From a virus (lineage: Duplodnaviria; Caudoviricetes), in IMG/VR virus record IMGVR_UViG_3300012931_000036, positions 1 through 41,364 of that record: a DNA stretch of 41,364 nucleotides; one strand, written 5' to 3'. Under the pieces are notes generated by a model. The model was not told where the DNA came from. It saw only the letters and a program-made list of their open reading frames with translations, and made no database searches. The position numbers were made by a program, and so were the translations under genes. Below, in pieces: positions 1-9,300 of the stretch (position 1 is the stretch's first letter; every line of letters begins with the position of its first letter).

Positions 1-123
1 CAGCAGCAGCAGAAGCAGCAGCATCAGCAGCAGCAGCAGCATAAGCAGCATAAGCAGCAGTAGAAGCATAAGCAGCAGCAGAAGCATAAGCAGCAGCAGC
101 AGCAGCATAAGCAGCAGCAGAAG
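1..123. repeat. Terminal overlap identical to 41242-41364 (circular contig junction)
   Basis: The first and last 123 nt are identical base by base; both lie inside a low-complexity (AGC)n-type tract. Confidence 0.9.
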
Positions 124-499
124 CATAAGCAGCAGCAGAAGCATAAGCAGCATAAGCAGCAGCAGAAGCATAAGCAGCATAAGCAGCAGCATAAACATCA
201 CGGCGCGCATCTCGCAATTGCTCTACCGTTGCCTCTCCGCGCGTCCATGCTTCAGCAGTTTCAATGCAACGCGAGGCACGCTCATCTTTAGTATATTTGA
301 GCGCAGTCCGTGCGCACTGGCACGCGATGTAAACCAGCGTCTTGCGGTCAAGTCCGCGTTTCGCAGCGAGCCACAGTAGCCAGTCTCCACGCTCGCACTT
401 ATCCCAAACTTCGTCGAGCGTCGCGATGTTGTTTTTCGTTACCCAGTCTAAGCCGGGTGTACATGCGTCGTATGATTTTAGGAGTGATATCAGGTTCAT
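1..499 (-). CDS. 5' part of an Ala-rich repeat protein with an Imm5-like N-terminus; spans the circular junction and continues 41241->41036
   Basis: ATG at 499 reads MNLISLLKSYDACTPGLDWV...CERGDWLLWLAAK...ACQCARTAL...CIETAEAWTRGEAT...AAAYAAYASAA. 499+206 nt = 235 codons, in frame across the junction. Missed by the ORF track. Confidence 0.8.
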   Translation of the reverse strand, partial: MNLISLLKSYDACTPGLDWVTKNNIATLDEVWDKCERGDWLLWLAAKRGLDRKTLVYIACQCARTALKYTKDERASRCIETAEAWTRGEATVEQLRDARRDVYAAAYAAYASAAAYAAYASAAAYASAAAYAAAAAAYASAAAYASTAAYAAYAAAAADAAASAAA

Positions 500-529
500 T
501 TGGTTTTGACAGGGTTGGTTACTGGGCTT

Positions 530-757
530 TCAGCGAGATTCAGATGGCATTTCGCTCAGGCAGGCTTCGGCGTAGGCAACGAACGGATACCGCTTGCCAT
601 TGATGAGCGCGCCAGATCTGGCATGCTGTACGACGGACTCGGCATACGTGATGTAGGCGCGTCGAGCGTCATTGAGCGTCTGGATGCTTGGCTTGTCTTC
701 GTAACGAGCGGCGGCATCCCACGCGGCGGTTTCAAGATTCATTAGGGTGGTATTCAT
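530..757 (-). CDS. Hypothetical early protein (MNTTLMNLETAAW...)
   Basis: ORF downstream of a leftward promoter; ATG at 757 preferred over the track start at 820. Confidence 0.6.
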   Translation of the reverse strand: MNTTLMNLETAAWDAAARYEDKPSIQTLNDARRAYITYAESVVQHARSGALINGKRYPFVAYAEACLSEMPSESR

Positions 758-800
758 AGTTTTGATTGTCTCGGGGCTCCATTGCCTCTTCGACGCGCAC

Positions 801-828
801 AATGTACACTTTCGCCACATTATGTCAA
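801..828 (-). promoter_or_regulatory. Leftward sigma70-like early promoter
   Basis: Minus strand reads TTGACA-16 nt-TACATT, at the divergence between the early and late arms. Confidence 0.6.
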
Positions 829-934
829 GGGGTAGATGTGATTTTTTCGCACCATTACGTAACCGGCATTGCCAATGAGTGTTCCGACGATTATTCTTTA
901 CGCCAGTCGCTTTCCAGCCAAGCTCGCAACCATT

Positions 935-1702
935 ATGGTGGGACCAACGCAGTACGGCTCAGATTACTTCACTCAAGCAGCTCTAGGCTATGCCCCAAGG
1001 GTTTCTTTACGCATCAAGACAGGCCGAAATAGGGCTATCGACACGACTACCGACCCTGAGGATATTTGGTCGGGCGGCGGCATCTATCCGGGGCTTCCAA
1101 TAGCAGGAATTGCCGAGACGGTATCCGTCGTTTCTACGAGCGCAAATGATACGTCGGATGGAACGGGAGCGCGTACGATTCGCATAATCGGCATCGGCGA
1201 CGACGATAACTGGCTCTCACAAGAGGAAACGGTCGCACTCAATGGGACCACGCCAGTCGTGACCACAACGCTTTGGCGGCGAGTAGAGTTTATGGAAGTC
1301 TTAACGGCAGGTTCGGGCGGTTCAAATGCCGGGCGTATAAGCGTCAAGCACTCCACCACTACTGCTAACGTTTTCATAGATTGCGATATTGGCGATAACC
1401 GCTCAGCCGTGTGTGCATGGACAATTCCGGGCAACAAGATCGCTATCTTAGCTCAGATCACAGCGACCTCAAAGACAAAGCTGGCGGACATTGAAATGGG
1501 GTTTTTCTATCGTCCCTACGGAGGCACTTGGCAGCAATTGGTATCTTTCACGTTGACAGCCGAATCTACAAATTACCTACAAAATTTTGTCGGCGGCCAT
1601 AAACTCTATCCTAAGGGCGATGTTGTTGTTCGCGCAATTTCAGTTACTCAAGTCTGCGATGTATCAGCATCTTTCACGGTTTTACAGTATGACGTGATCT
1701 AG
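935..1702 (+). CDS. Hypothetical Thr/Gly-rich, probably virion-associated beta protein (start could be 875)
   Basis: Long ORF with DIW.GG..Y, SVVSTSANDT..GTGART and E.V.LNGTT motifs resembling a common phage hypothetical family. Confidence 0.6.
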   Translation: MVGPTQYGSDYFTQAALGYAPRVSLRIKTGRNRAIDTTTDPEDIWSGGGIYPGLPIAGIAETVSVVSTSANDTSDGTGARTIRIIGIGDDDNWLSQEETVALNGTTPVVTTTLWRRVEFMEVLTAGSGGSNAGRISVKHSTTTANVFIDCDIGDNRSAVCAWTIPGNKIAILAQITATSKTKLADIEMGFFYRPYGGTWQQLVSFTLTAESTNYLQNFVGGHKLYPKGDVVVRAISVTQVCDVSASFTVLQYDVI

Positions 1703-1817
1703 TTTTAGCTTGACATACTTTAGCCCTAGACCCTTTAGAACCCTGTTGTTCAAACCGCGATAATAGTCTTGCAAACCGCTACAGCAAACGCCACTTGACT
1801 GTAAAGCAAACGATCCC

Positions 1818-2273
1818 ATGGCCGACAGCGACAAACAAAAGAAAAACATAGCCGACGTTTTCGAGGATATTTGCTCTCGCATTGCTTGTGGTGAGCTTCT
1901 CTGCGATCTCTGCGACGAATACGGCTTTTCACGAGTGTGGTTTTGGAAATGGGTAAATGCAGATAAAGAGCGCGTTAACGCTTACGCGAGCGCGCGCATA
2001 GAGCAGCAACACACGTTTGCCGACGAGATTCTTAAGATTGCCGATGATAGCACACATGATACAATGACTAAGACTACAAAGAGCGGTGAGGAATATGATG
2101 CGTGCGATAACGAATGGATTAACCGCTCGCGGGTTCGTATTGACACGCGGAAGTTCCTCATGGCTCGCATTGCGGCCAAGGACTACGGGGATAAGATTCA
2201 GACCGAGATCAGCGGCAAGGATGGCGGTCCTGTTCAGATTATTGTTAATCGCGGGAAAGAGCCAACAAAGTAA
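1818..2273 (+). CDS. terS: Terminase small subunit (Sf6/P22-like)
   Basis: N-terminal HTH, YA.AR...ADEI..IADD, R.RIDTRKF....A.KDYGDK and EISGKDGGPVQI motifs; immediately upstream of TerL. Confidence 0.88.
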   Translation: MADSDKQKKNIADVFEDICSRIACGELLCDLCDEYGFSRVWFWKWVNADKERVNAYASARIEQQHTFADEILKIADDSTHDTMTKTTKSGEEYDACDNEWINRSRVRIDTRKFLMARIAAKDYGDKIQTEISGKDGGPVQIIVNRGKEPTK

Positions 2274-3688
2274 TGCCAACGGTTAATGTTTATACGGGTT
2301 ACGAGCCGCGAAAGCCGTTCATAGCGTTTCACAATCGAAAGCAGCGTTGGGCTGTTATGATTTGCCACCGCCGAGCGGGGAAAACGGTGTCCGCGTTGTG
2401 GGAGCTAATCGAGCGCGCACTATGCTTTCAGGTGCCAGAAGGATTCGAGGGTCCAGGGCGATTTGCATTCATGGCTCCAAGCCGTGTTCGTGCTAAGGAA
2501 ATTGCGTGGGAATATCTGAAGCGATTCGCAACAAAGATTCCAGACACGAAGACTAATGAAAGTGAGCTTTACGTTGAGTTTGTGAACGGGGCCAGGGTTA
2601 CGCTTTACGGCGCTGAGAATGAACGTGGCATGGGTTTGTACATGGACGGGATTGTGTACGACGAATGCGACGACATCCCGCCGAGCGTAGACGCTATCAT
2701 TGAACCAGCGCTTTCGGATCGCAAGGGATGGACGGTTCACATGGGTATTTTGCGCGGTCGGCATAACCTCTTTAATCGATACGAGAAGCTGAAGAATAAT
2801 CCCGACTATTTTACCATGATGGTGCGTGCATCGGAGAGCGGAATTATCGACGATACAGAGCTGACACGCATAAAGTCAGACCCTCCTATTGGGATTGGGG
2901 AAAGCGCGTATTTGATGCAGTACGAGCTTGATGCGTCGGCATCCATCGCAAACGCGATATACGGCCGGCAGATGGATGCGGTAAGGCGAAGCAATAAGAT
3001 TACGAATCTTACCGTTGATCCTACGATCCCAGTAAACTTCTTTTTCGACATTGGGCACAGCTTGACCGGCGATGACTGGTCTCTGTGGGGCGTGCAGCTT
3101 GATCGGCGCGATATTCTTGTTCAGACCTATCACGCTCGAACAGGGGAGCTTCCAAGCTATTACGCGAAGATTTGCATGGATTTTTGGGATCAGCACGACA
3201 TGCCGCAAGGGACGATCTATTTGCCCCACGACGGAGACCGCAAGGACAGGCATGGCCGCACGGCTAAGGACGATCTCATGGCCGCAGGTATCAAGCGAAT
3301 CAAGACCGTGCATCGGACGCCTAATCTCTGGGATAGCATCAATTACCTTCGCGCAATCTTCCCGCGCTTCATATTCGATCAAAAGCGATGTGAGGAGACA
3401 TGGAAGCTAGGTGAGCGGAAGATGCCATCGGGTATTGATTGCTTGGACTTCTACACGAAGAAGGAAGAGGAAAGCACTGGCATGATACTGGATGTTGTCG
3501 TGCATAACGAATACTCACACGGAGCTGACGCGATTAGAACGATGGCGGAAGCGCATCGAGCCGGTTTGATTGTAGGATCAGAGAACGTGAGCAGGGCAGC
3601 AGATGGTAAACCCCGCGAAATCCTGCGCGCACACACCGGACACGCGCCTTCGTCCTTTACAAATCGCCAGCGCGCGATTATACGCTGA
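2273..3688 (+). CDS. terL: Terminase large subunit
   Basis: Walker A HRRAGKT, Walker B GIVYDE, RNase H-like nuclease motifs FDIG, YLPHDG and SHGADA. Confidence 0.95.
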   Translation: MPTVNVYTGYEPRKPFIAFHNRKQRWAVMICHRRAGKTVSALWELIERALCFQVPEGFEGPGRFAFMAPSRVRAKEIAWEYLKRFATKIPDTKTNESELYVEFVNGARVTLYGAENERGMGLYMDGIVYDECDDIPPSVDAIIEPALSDRKGWTVHMGILRGRHNLFNRYEKLKNNPDYFTMMVRASESGIIDDTELTRIKSDPPIGIGESAYLMQYELDASASIANAIYGRQMDAVRRSNKITNLTVDPTIPVNFFFDIGHSLTGDDWSLWGVQLDRRDILVQTYHARTGELPSYYAKICMDFWDQHDMPQGTIYLPHDGDRKDRHGRTAKDDLMAAGIKRIKTVHRTPNLWDSINYLRAIFPRFIFDQKRCEETWKLGERKMPSGIDCLDFYTKKEEESTGMILDVVVHNEYSHGADAIRTMAEAHRAGLIVGSENVSRAADGKPREILRAHTGHAPSSFTNRQRAIIR

Positions 3689-3712
3689 TTAACCACTTAA
3701 CAAAGGCAATCT

Positions 3713-3988
3713 ATGGCAACACCAGCACAGGTCACTGTTAATACTTCTGAAACGACTATTTATGCGGGCGGCCAGGGGCGCTGCCTTTTTGTTTCAAATA
3801 CAGGAGCAACGGTAATGACTATCTCTGTAAATGGAGATACTACCGTAACGGCAACGAACGGAATCCCAATTTCTCCTGGTAGCACATATGAGTATCCAGC
3901 CGCCTATTATGGGACGAATCAATTACCCGTAATTAAAGGTATCGCAACTGGTAGTGCAACTACTGCTGGCGTGCAAGTCATCCAATAA
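3713..3988 (+). CDS. Small Thr-rich hypothetical virion protein
   Basis: 91-aa beta-rich ORF in the late operon. Confidence 0.6.
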   Translation: MATPAQVTVNTSETTIYAGGQGRCLFVSNTGATVMTISVNGDTTVTATNGIPISPGSTYEYPAAYYGTNQLPVIKGIATGSATTAGVQVIQ

Positions 3989-4006
3989 CAATCAACCACT
4001 AAGATC

Positions 4007-4579
4007 ATGCCTATTTTAAACAATGGTGGGTTAGGTATAACTCCTGCATCAGGAGTTACTACATTTCTAGCGAGTCCTTCGTCTGCAAATCTTCGTGCTG
4101 CTTTGACAGATGAAACAGGCACTGGTGCTTTAGTTTTTGCAGGGGGTGCGTTAGGCGCAGCTACGGCAACGACTCCTGAATCTTTTCAAAATAATACCAA
4201 AGTCGCAACTACGGCATTTGTACATTGGCTTGCTGATTCTACACAAATTGGTACTCATGCAAACCCATCGACTACAACCCCACAGAATCCAAGCACCTAT
4301 GGTCCTCTGCGTGCCATTTGGTACGGCGTAACGGGAACTATTAATCTTCCCGCTGCTAGCGACAATTCTGGTAGAGGGGTTTTGGTATATAATACAGGAG
4401 CATTTACAATTACTCTTGAACCAAACGGAAGCGAGGTTATCGTACGTGATGGGACTGTGCAAACTGGCGGAGTTTCAATGACGCTTAGTTCTGGAGCCGG
4501 GAATTATGTGTATATCATAAGCGACGGAGTCAGATGGGTCACGCTTTGGTATAAAGGCACTCTTACTGAGGGCACTTAA
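4007..4579 (+). CDS. Fibre-like virion protein
   Basis: PSSANLRAALTDETGTGALVFA and NNTKVATTAFV fibre-repeat motifs; C-terminal ISDGVRW module. Confidence 0.65.
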   Translation: MPILNNGGLGITPASGVTTFLASPSSANLRAALTDETGTGALVFAGGALGAATATTPESFQNNTKVATTAFVHWLADSTQIGTHANPSTTTPQNPSTYGPLRAIWYGVTGTINLPAASDNSGRGVLVYNTGAFTITLEPNGSEVIVRDGTVQTGGVSMTLSSGAGNYVYIISDGVRWVTLWYKGTLTEGT

Positions 4580-4594
4580 TATATTTTCAAACTA

Positions 4595-4861
4595 ATGCCG
4601 GAACCCCATCAGAACAGGGCTGCCCAAGAGGCAGAGCTTGCTGCCGCAAGAGAGAAGCAACAGCGTATTGCGCTGGCTTACCATAGGTTGTTTAGCCGAG
4701 AAGGCGCGCGGACTCCAGATCAGCAGATTGTTATGCAAGACATGGAGGAACGCGGCCTGACGAGCAGCGCGGTAATTTCGGCTACATTCACCATTACAGA
4801 CCCGCCTGCTTCGCCGTTGACCTTTACAGCGCTGACGGTCGGCACGCTGGTTATCTCATGA
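4595..4861 (+). CDS. Chimeric ORF: Bbp19-like N-terminal half fused to an unrelated beta-strand tail
   Basis: AYHRLFSREGARTPDQQIVMQDM parallels AFLSVFGDPKRRSSDQEIVLEHL of 7385-7693. Confidence 0.5.
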   Translation: MPEPHQNRAAQEAELAAAREKQQRIALAYHRLFSREGARTPDQQIVMQDMEERGLTSSAVISATFTITDPPASPLTFTALTVGTLVIS

Positions 4862-5265
4862 GCCCGGCAATAACAGCCTACGAGCGGATTAAAGAGGAAT
4901 ACCGCGTAAGGCCGGAGGAAATGCCGTTTGAATGGTATGTAGAAAAGCACCTAGAGAGCGGATTTGTGTTTAGTCGCCCTGATGTATTCTTGGCATGCAG
5001 GCCAGTTGTAAGCGATTCCCCTGAACTTATGGTTACGTCATGTGATTATCGTTTCCCGTGGGAGATTTGCGACTGTTGGTATGTCTCTATGCTGGCCGGT
5101 AATCTCGCAAGGGCATGGGAGTTCATGCCTTGGTTTCTACCGCTCATGTGCTTCCAGCGCGCTAACGACCCCACTAAGAGCTTGAGATTTTACAAAACAG
5201 AGTCATTGCAGAGACTAACGCTAAAGATTAGCAACTTTCAACTTAACTACCATGCAACCGCATAA
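4858..5265 (+). CDS. Hypothetical protein (pre-portal)
   Basis: 135-aa ORF with ATGA overlap to the previous gene. Confidence 0.7.
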   Translation: MSPAITAYERIKEEYRVRPEEMPFEWYVEKHLESGFVFSRPDVFLACRPVVSDSPELMVTSCDYRFPWEICDCWYVSMLAGNLARAWEFMPWFLPLMCFQRANDPTKSLRFYKTESLQRLTLKISNFQLNYHATA

Positions 5266-5638
5266 TCCGTTCTGGCCAAAGCACACAATGAAATTCAAGG
5301 TTGGCGGCGGCGAGGTTTTCCCAAATCCGCTAAAACCAAAGAAGGGACTAGGTAATCCGCTGATCCCGTTGCAGCAGACTAAGAACGTTTTCACAAAAGG
5401 CGATTTCGCTACGGATGAGCAGGTTAGAGCGGCTGAAGCAGAGGCAGCACTAGCGGGAAATCAGGCATTGCCTAACACGCAGGCGGCGGCAATGGCCACA
5501 CAGATCAACGCGCAACAGGATTTGATTCAGCGCGAGGCGTCAAAAAAGAGCATTCGCAAGACGATATTTGCCGGAGAAACAGGCGGATTCAAACCCTATG
5601 GAAGTGCAGCTACCGGCATGTCTGGCAAGGCGTTTTAA
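5252..5638 (+). CDS. Small pre-portal virion protein
   Basis: Basic C-terminal KKSIRKTIFAGETGG motif typical of the gene preceding podophage portals; start uncertain (5252 or 5288). Confidence 0.65.
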   Translation: MQPHNPFWPKHTMKFKVGGGEVFPNPLKPKKGLGNPLIPLQQTKNVFTKGDFATDEQVRAAEAEAALAGNQALPNTQAAAMATQINAQQDLIQREASKKSIRKTIFAGETGGFKPYGSAATGMSGKAF

Positions 5639-5640
5639 CC

Positions 5641-7344
5641 ATGAGCGACCAAAAACTAGCTGAAGAGCAAATCAAGGCGTTCGAAGCTGGCGAGGCCAAG
5701 CGCAAGGGCAACTGGGATTCCGCGTGGCAGCAGGTCACGAACTACTTTCTTCCGCAGCAGTCGAACGTGCAGACGCAAAAGATGGAAGGCACTACGGGCT
5801 GGGCAGATAAACTTTACGATACGACGGCGGTACTCGCGGCCAAGACATTGCGCGCGGGTCAACTCAATTGGCTTACGCCTGCAAACGAACCGTGGGCAGC
5901 GTTCGAGCCGCCAGAGGAATTGTCTGCGGCAGGCAAGGAAGATGATAAGGACGAAGCCGCGCAGTGGCTTTCTAATGCGACGGATGTAACGATGCGCGAG
6001 CTGGCCAAGTCGAATTTCTATGCGATGGTTTCTATCGACTATTTGCAGTGCGGCACGGTCGGAACTGGGATGTTGTTTTGCGATGAGGGCAAAACCACCA
6101 CGCTCAACTTTCGCCAGTTCAAGCCGTGGCATTGCACCATTGAAGAGAATGACGAGGGAATCGTTGATACGCTGCGCCGTGAATTCGAACTGACGGCTAG
6201 ACAGGCTGCGCAGTGGTTCGGCGAGGACGCTCTGAGTAAAAAGATGCAGGACGAACTCAAGAGGAACAGCGACCCCTCTAAGAAGCACAAATTCATTCAC
6301 GCAATTTTCCCACGCGAGGACAGCAAGCGTTTGCCGGGCCGCAAGGATGGTGCCAACAAGCCGATTGCCAGCGTCTACATTGAACGCGATGCCAAGAACT
6401 GCGTTGAGGTCGGCGGATACGATGAAATGCCAATGTTTGTTACGCGCTTTGATGGTTGGGGAACAGATTCAGTTTGGGGATACTCGCCCGCCTTCGATGC
6501 CTTGGCTGATGCCCGTCAGGCAAACTACGTAAAACAGTACGGCCATGCGTTGCACGAATTGCAGGCGTATCCCCGTTTTATCGAGCCCGACACTATGGAA
6601 GGCGACACAGATTTGCGCCCTGGCGGTCGGACGACGGTCAACGCTGACGATATGGTGCGCGGCGCTGTACCGCGTGAGTGGATGACGGCTGGCCAGTCGA
6701 AGGGCTTGCAAGACGACTTGGAAGAGCTGAAAGACGCGATCAACAAGCATTTTTACGTGAACATGTTTACGATGCTAGAGCAACTGGCCGACAAGCGCAT
6801 GACGGCTTACGAGATCGCGCAGCGCGTAGGTGAGAAGCTAGAGCAGTTCACGCCGATCTTTTACCGCCGTGTGAGCGAATTTTTAAATCCGCTGCTTCGC
6901 CGCGTGTTTGGTATTCTGTATCGGGCTGGCAAGTTCGGCCCGGCTCCGCAGTCGCTTATGGTTCCTGTGCCGGGTACGCGCGATGTCTCGCGGCTGGCTC
7001 TGCCAGAGATCGCAATCACGAGCCGAATCAGCCTTGCGCTAAAGGCACTGCAAAATGCTGGCATCAATAATACGCTGGCCGGGCTTGAAGGACTGGCGAC
7101 GGCGCGGCCTGACATCTTCGACAATTTCGACTTGGACAAAGCGGCTCGCGAGTACGCCCGCAATAACGGCGTGCCCCCCGACTTTTTGCGTCCAATCAAG
7201 CAGATCAATGAAATCCGCTCACAGCGCGCCCAGCAGCAGGCACAGCAGCAAGCGCTGGCCGATGCCGAAACCGCGTCGAAGGCCGCAAAGAACGTCGGCG
7301 GTATGCCGCCCGAGATGCGTCAAGCGGCAATGAGCGCAGCATGA
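5641..7344 (+). CDS. Portal (head-to-tail connector), BPP-1/T7 gp8 family
   Basis: 567 aa; W..V.NYFLP, YDTTA, WGYSPA, MTAYEI.QR..EK and Gln-rich C-terminus. Confidence 0.93.
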   Translation: MSDQKLAEEQIKAFEAGEAKRKGNWDSAWQQVTNYFLPQQSNVQTQKMEGTTGWADKLYDTTAVLAAKTLRAGQLNWLTPANEPWAAFEPPEELSAAGKEDDKDEAAQWLSNATDVTMRELAKSNFYAMVSIDYLQCGTVGTGMLFCDEGKTTTLNFRQFKPWHCTIEENDEGIVDTLRREFELTARQAAQWFGEDALSKKMQDELKRNSDPSKKHKFIHAIFPREDSKRLPGRKDGANKPIASVYIERDAKNCVEVGGYDEMPMFVTRFDGWGTDSVWGYSPAFDALADARQANYVKQYGHALHELQAYPRFIEPDTMEGDTDLRPGGRTTVNADDMVRGAVPREWMTAGQSKGLQDDLEELKDAINKHFYVNMFTMLEQLADKRMTAYEIAQRVGEKLEQFTPIFYRRVSEFLNPLLRRVFGILYRAGKFGPAPQSLMVPVPGTRDVSRLALPEIAITSRISLALKALQNAGINNTLAGLEGLATARPDIFDNFDLDKAAREYARNNGVPPDFLRPIKQINEIRSQRAQQQAQQQALADAETASKAAKNVGGMPPEMRQAAMSAA

Positions 7345-7346
7345 GA

Positions 7347-7362
7347 TTGACATTACTGTAAA
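7347..7362 (+). promoter_or_regulatory. Palindromic late promoter/operator motif TTGACATTACTGTAAA
   Basis: Near-identical copies at 12090-12105 and 13778-13793, all intergenic upstream of structural genes. Confidence 0.65.
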
Positions 7363-7384
7363 GCAGTGCAGTTCTTGAGGCACA

Positions 7385-7693
7385 ATGAGTGAGCCAGAGA
7401 ATCCGGTTATTGCCGAGTCTATCGGCAAAACCAAGCGTCTGAACAAGGCGTTCCTTAGCGTTTTCGGCGATCCGAAGCGGCGCAGCTCCGATCAGGAGAT
7501 AGTGCTTGAGCATTTGAAGGAGTGCAGCGGAAAAGACAACCTGATGTTTGGCGGCTCACGAAACATCGAGTTCAACCCTTACGTAGCAGCTCATTTGGAT
7601 GGCGCGAGGTCCCAATTTCTCATTATCGAGCGGCGCGTTGCGAATGCAATGAAAGAGCCCGATAATAAAACCAAACGGATAGTCAAAAAATAA
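7385..7693 (+). CDS. Bbp19-like post-portal protein
   Basis: Position after the portal; F..VF....EIVLEHL...FNPY.AA..DG.R pattern. Confidence 0.75.
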   Translation: MSEPENPVIAESIGKTKRLNKAFLSVFGDPKRRSSDQEIVLEHLKECSGKDNLMFGGSRNIEFNPYVAAHLDGARSQFLIIERRVANAMKEPDNKTKRIVKK

Positions 7694-7699
7694 CACAAC

Positions 7700-8314
7700 A
7701 TGTCTGCCGAAAATGCAGAGGGTAAGCAACCGAAGTTCGAGCGTCTTGAAGACGGCTCTATTGTACGCTGGGTCAAGGGTCAGCCCGTAAAGCTGGCGCA
7801 GTACGACGAAGAAGAGGGTGTTCTCACCTATGAAAACGAAGAGGCGCAAGCCAAGTTCGCAGCCAAGATCATCAATCTGGTGGAATTTACCGATGAGGGC
7901 AAAACCGCAACAGGCGATCCCATTAAACGCATGACCATCAAAGGTCGTACTGAAGACAAAATTTCACCGAAAGAGCCGCCATGCCCGAAGCCGACGAAGG
8001 GTCTCGGCGACAAGTCCAAGCCTGTCGTTGAATGGCGGTTTCGCTGGCGTCCGCAGGAAGCGTATGTTCGCTACGGCGTGCAGCTCGACGGACACGGCGA
8101 ACCGATCCGCGTCCACGGCATACGCAAGAACATGCTTCAGCGCGAGAACCCCGTCACTGGCCTGCGCGAGTACGTGGAGGAAATTTACGAGAAGGAAGAC
8201 GGCTTCCTCGCCCTGCGCGGTACGCACCTGACGTTTACCAAAGAGGAAGTTGTTGGCTACGCTGACGGCAGCGACGCCACCAACGAGTACGCACCCGAAT
8301 CCCAAGATGAATAA
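7700..8314 (+). CDS. Hypothetical charged protein
   Basis: 204-aa ORF whose codon usage resembles highly expressed genes. Confidence 0.75.
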   Translation: MSAENAEGKQPKFERLEDGSIVRWVKGQPVKLAQYDEEEGVLTYENEEAQAKFAAKIINLVEFTDEGKTATGDPIKRMTIKGRTEDKISPKEPPCPKPTKGLGDKSKPVVEWRFRWRPQEAYVRYGVQLDGHGEPIRVHGIRKNMLQRENPVTGLREYVEEIYEKEDGFLALRGTHLTFTKEEVVGYADGSDATNEYAPESQDE

Positions 8315-8322
8315 TCCACGCC

Positions 8323-9300
8323 ATGAGTGAAATCATAACTTCTTCCACTGCTGCCACAGGCAATGCCGACGCTACAACTCAAACGGGTGGCTCTACGAGT
8401 TCGGTATCTGCGGCGGCTTTTACTTCGACGGCTTCAACTACTACGGCCACGACCAACACAAGCGGCGCGGTTGAGCCATGGCATAAGGACTGGCTGCATG
8501 CTGACGGCTCTGTGAACAACAAGGCGCTCGACCGCCTGCCCGATGACATCAAGCACATCGCTCCTTCGCTGGCCAATGCCCGCAACATCGAGGACGTGAT
8601 GCGCAAGATTTCAACGCTAAATCTGATGGCTGGAAAGAAAGGGCTCGCCCCGTTGCCCGCTGATGCCCCTGCTGACGCCGTAAAGGCCCGCAATGAGCTG
8701 ATGCGACAGATTAACGGCGTGCCCGAGAAAGCCGCCGATTACGGCATTACGCGGCCTGATAACGTGCCGCCAGAGATGTGGAACGATGGCTACGTCAACG
8801 GAGCGCTCGACATCATGCACAAGTTCAACGCCCCGCCCGAAATGGTGAAGGCGCTTGTTGCACACAACATGCAGACTACTCAAGGACAGCAGGCCCAGCA
8901 AGCCGAGGCCGAAAAGGCATTCTTCGCCGATCAGAATAAGGCGGCTGCTGCGATGTTCGTTAAAGACGGCATGTCGGCTGAGAAGGGCTTTGACCTTGCT
9001 GCGCGTACAGCCCGACAGCTCGGAATTGATCCTGATGCTGACCCAGAGTTCAAGAGCGCAAAGACGATCTACGCCTTTGCTAAAGTAGCTCAGATGATTG
9101 GAGAGCCAAAGCTCGTAACGGGTGAAGGTAAGAACTTGGCCGGTAGCGCTGACCCTGCGTCGCTAGCGCATGACGTGCGGACCAACAAGGCGAATCCGCT
9201 CTACGCCGAATATTACAACGGCAATAAGGCCGTAATCGCCAAAGTGCAAGGATGGGAATTTGAAGCGCGTGCGCTCAAGGCGAAGGCAGGTGCGCGATGA
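8323..9300 (+). CDS. Capsid scaffolding/assembly protein
   Basis: Thr/Ser-rich N-terminus, GVPEKA.DY motif, helical body, position between portal and capsid. Confidence 0.8.
   Translation: MSEIITSSTAATGNADATTQTGGSTSSVSAAAFTSTASTTTATTNTSGAVEPWHKDWLHADGSVNNKALDRLPDDIKHIAPSLANARNIEDVMRKISTLNLMAGKKGLAPLPADAPADAVKARNELMRQINGVPEKAADYGITRPDNVPPEMWNDGYVNGALDIMHKFNAPPEMVKALVAHNMQTTQGQQAQQAEAEKAFFADQNKAAAAMFVKDGMSAEKGFDLAARTARQLGIDPDADPEFKSAKTIYAFAKVAQMIGEPKLVTGEGKNLAGSADPASLAHDVRTNKANPLYAEYYNGNKAVIAKVQGWEFEARALKAKAGAR

Noticed and set aside
1-193. CRISPR array
   Set aside because: Triplet-based coding repeat with no unique spacers and no cas genes
5656-6300. Long antisense ORFs within the portal, capsid and internal protein genes
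   Set aside because: Shadow frames expected from codon bias, with no recognisable motifs
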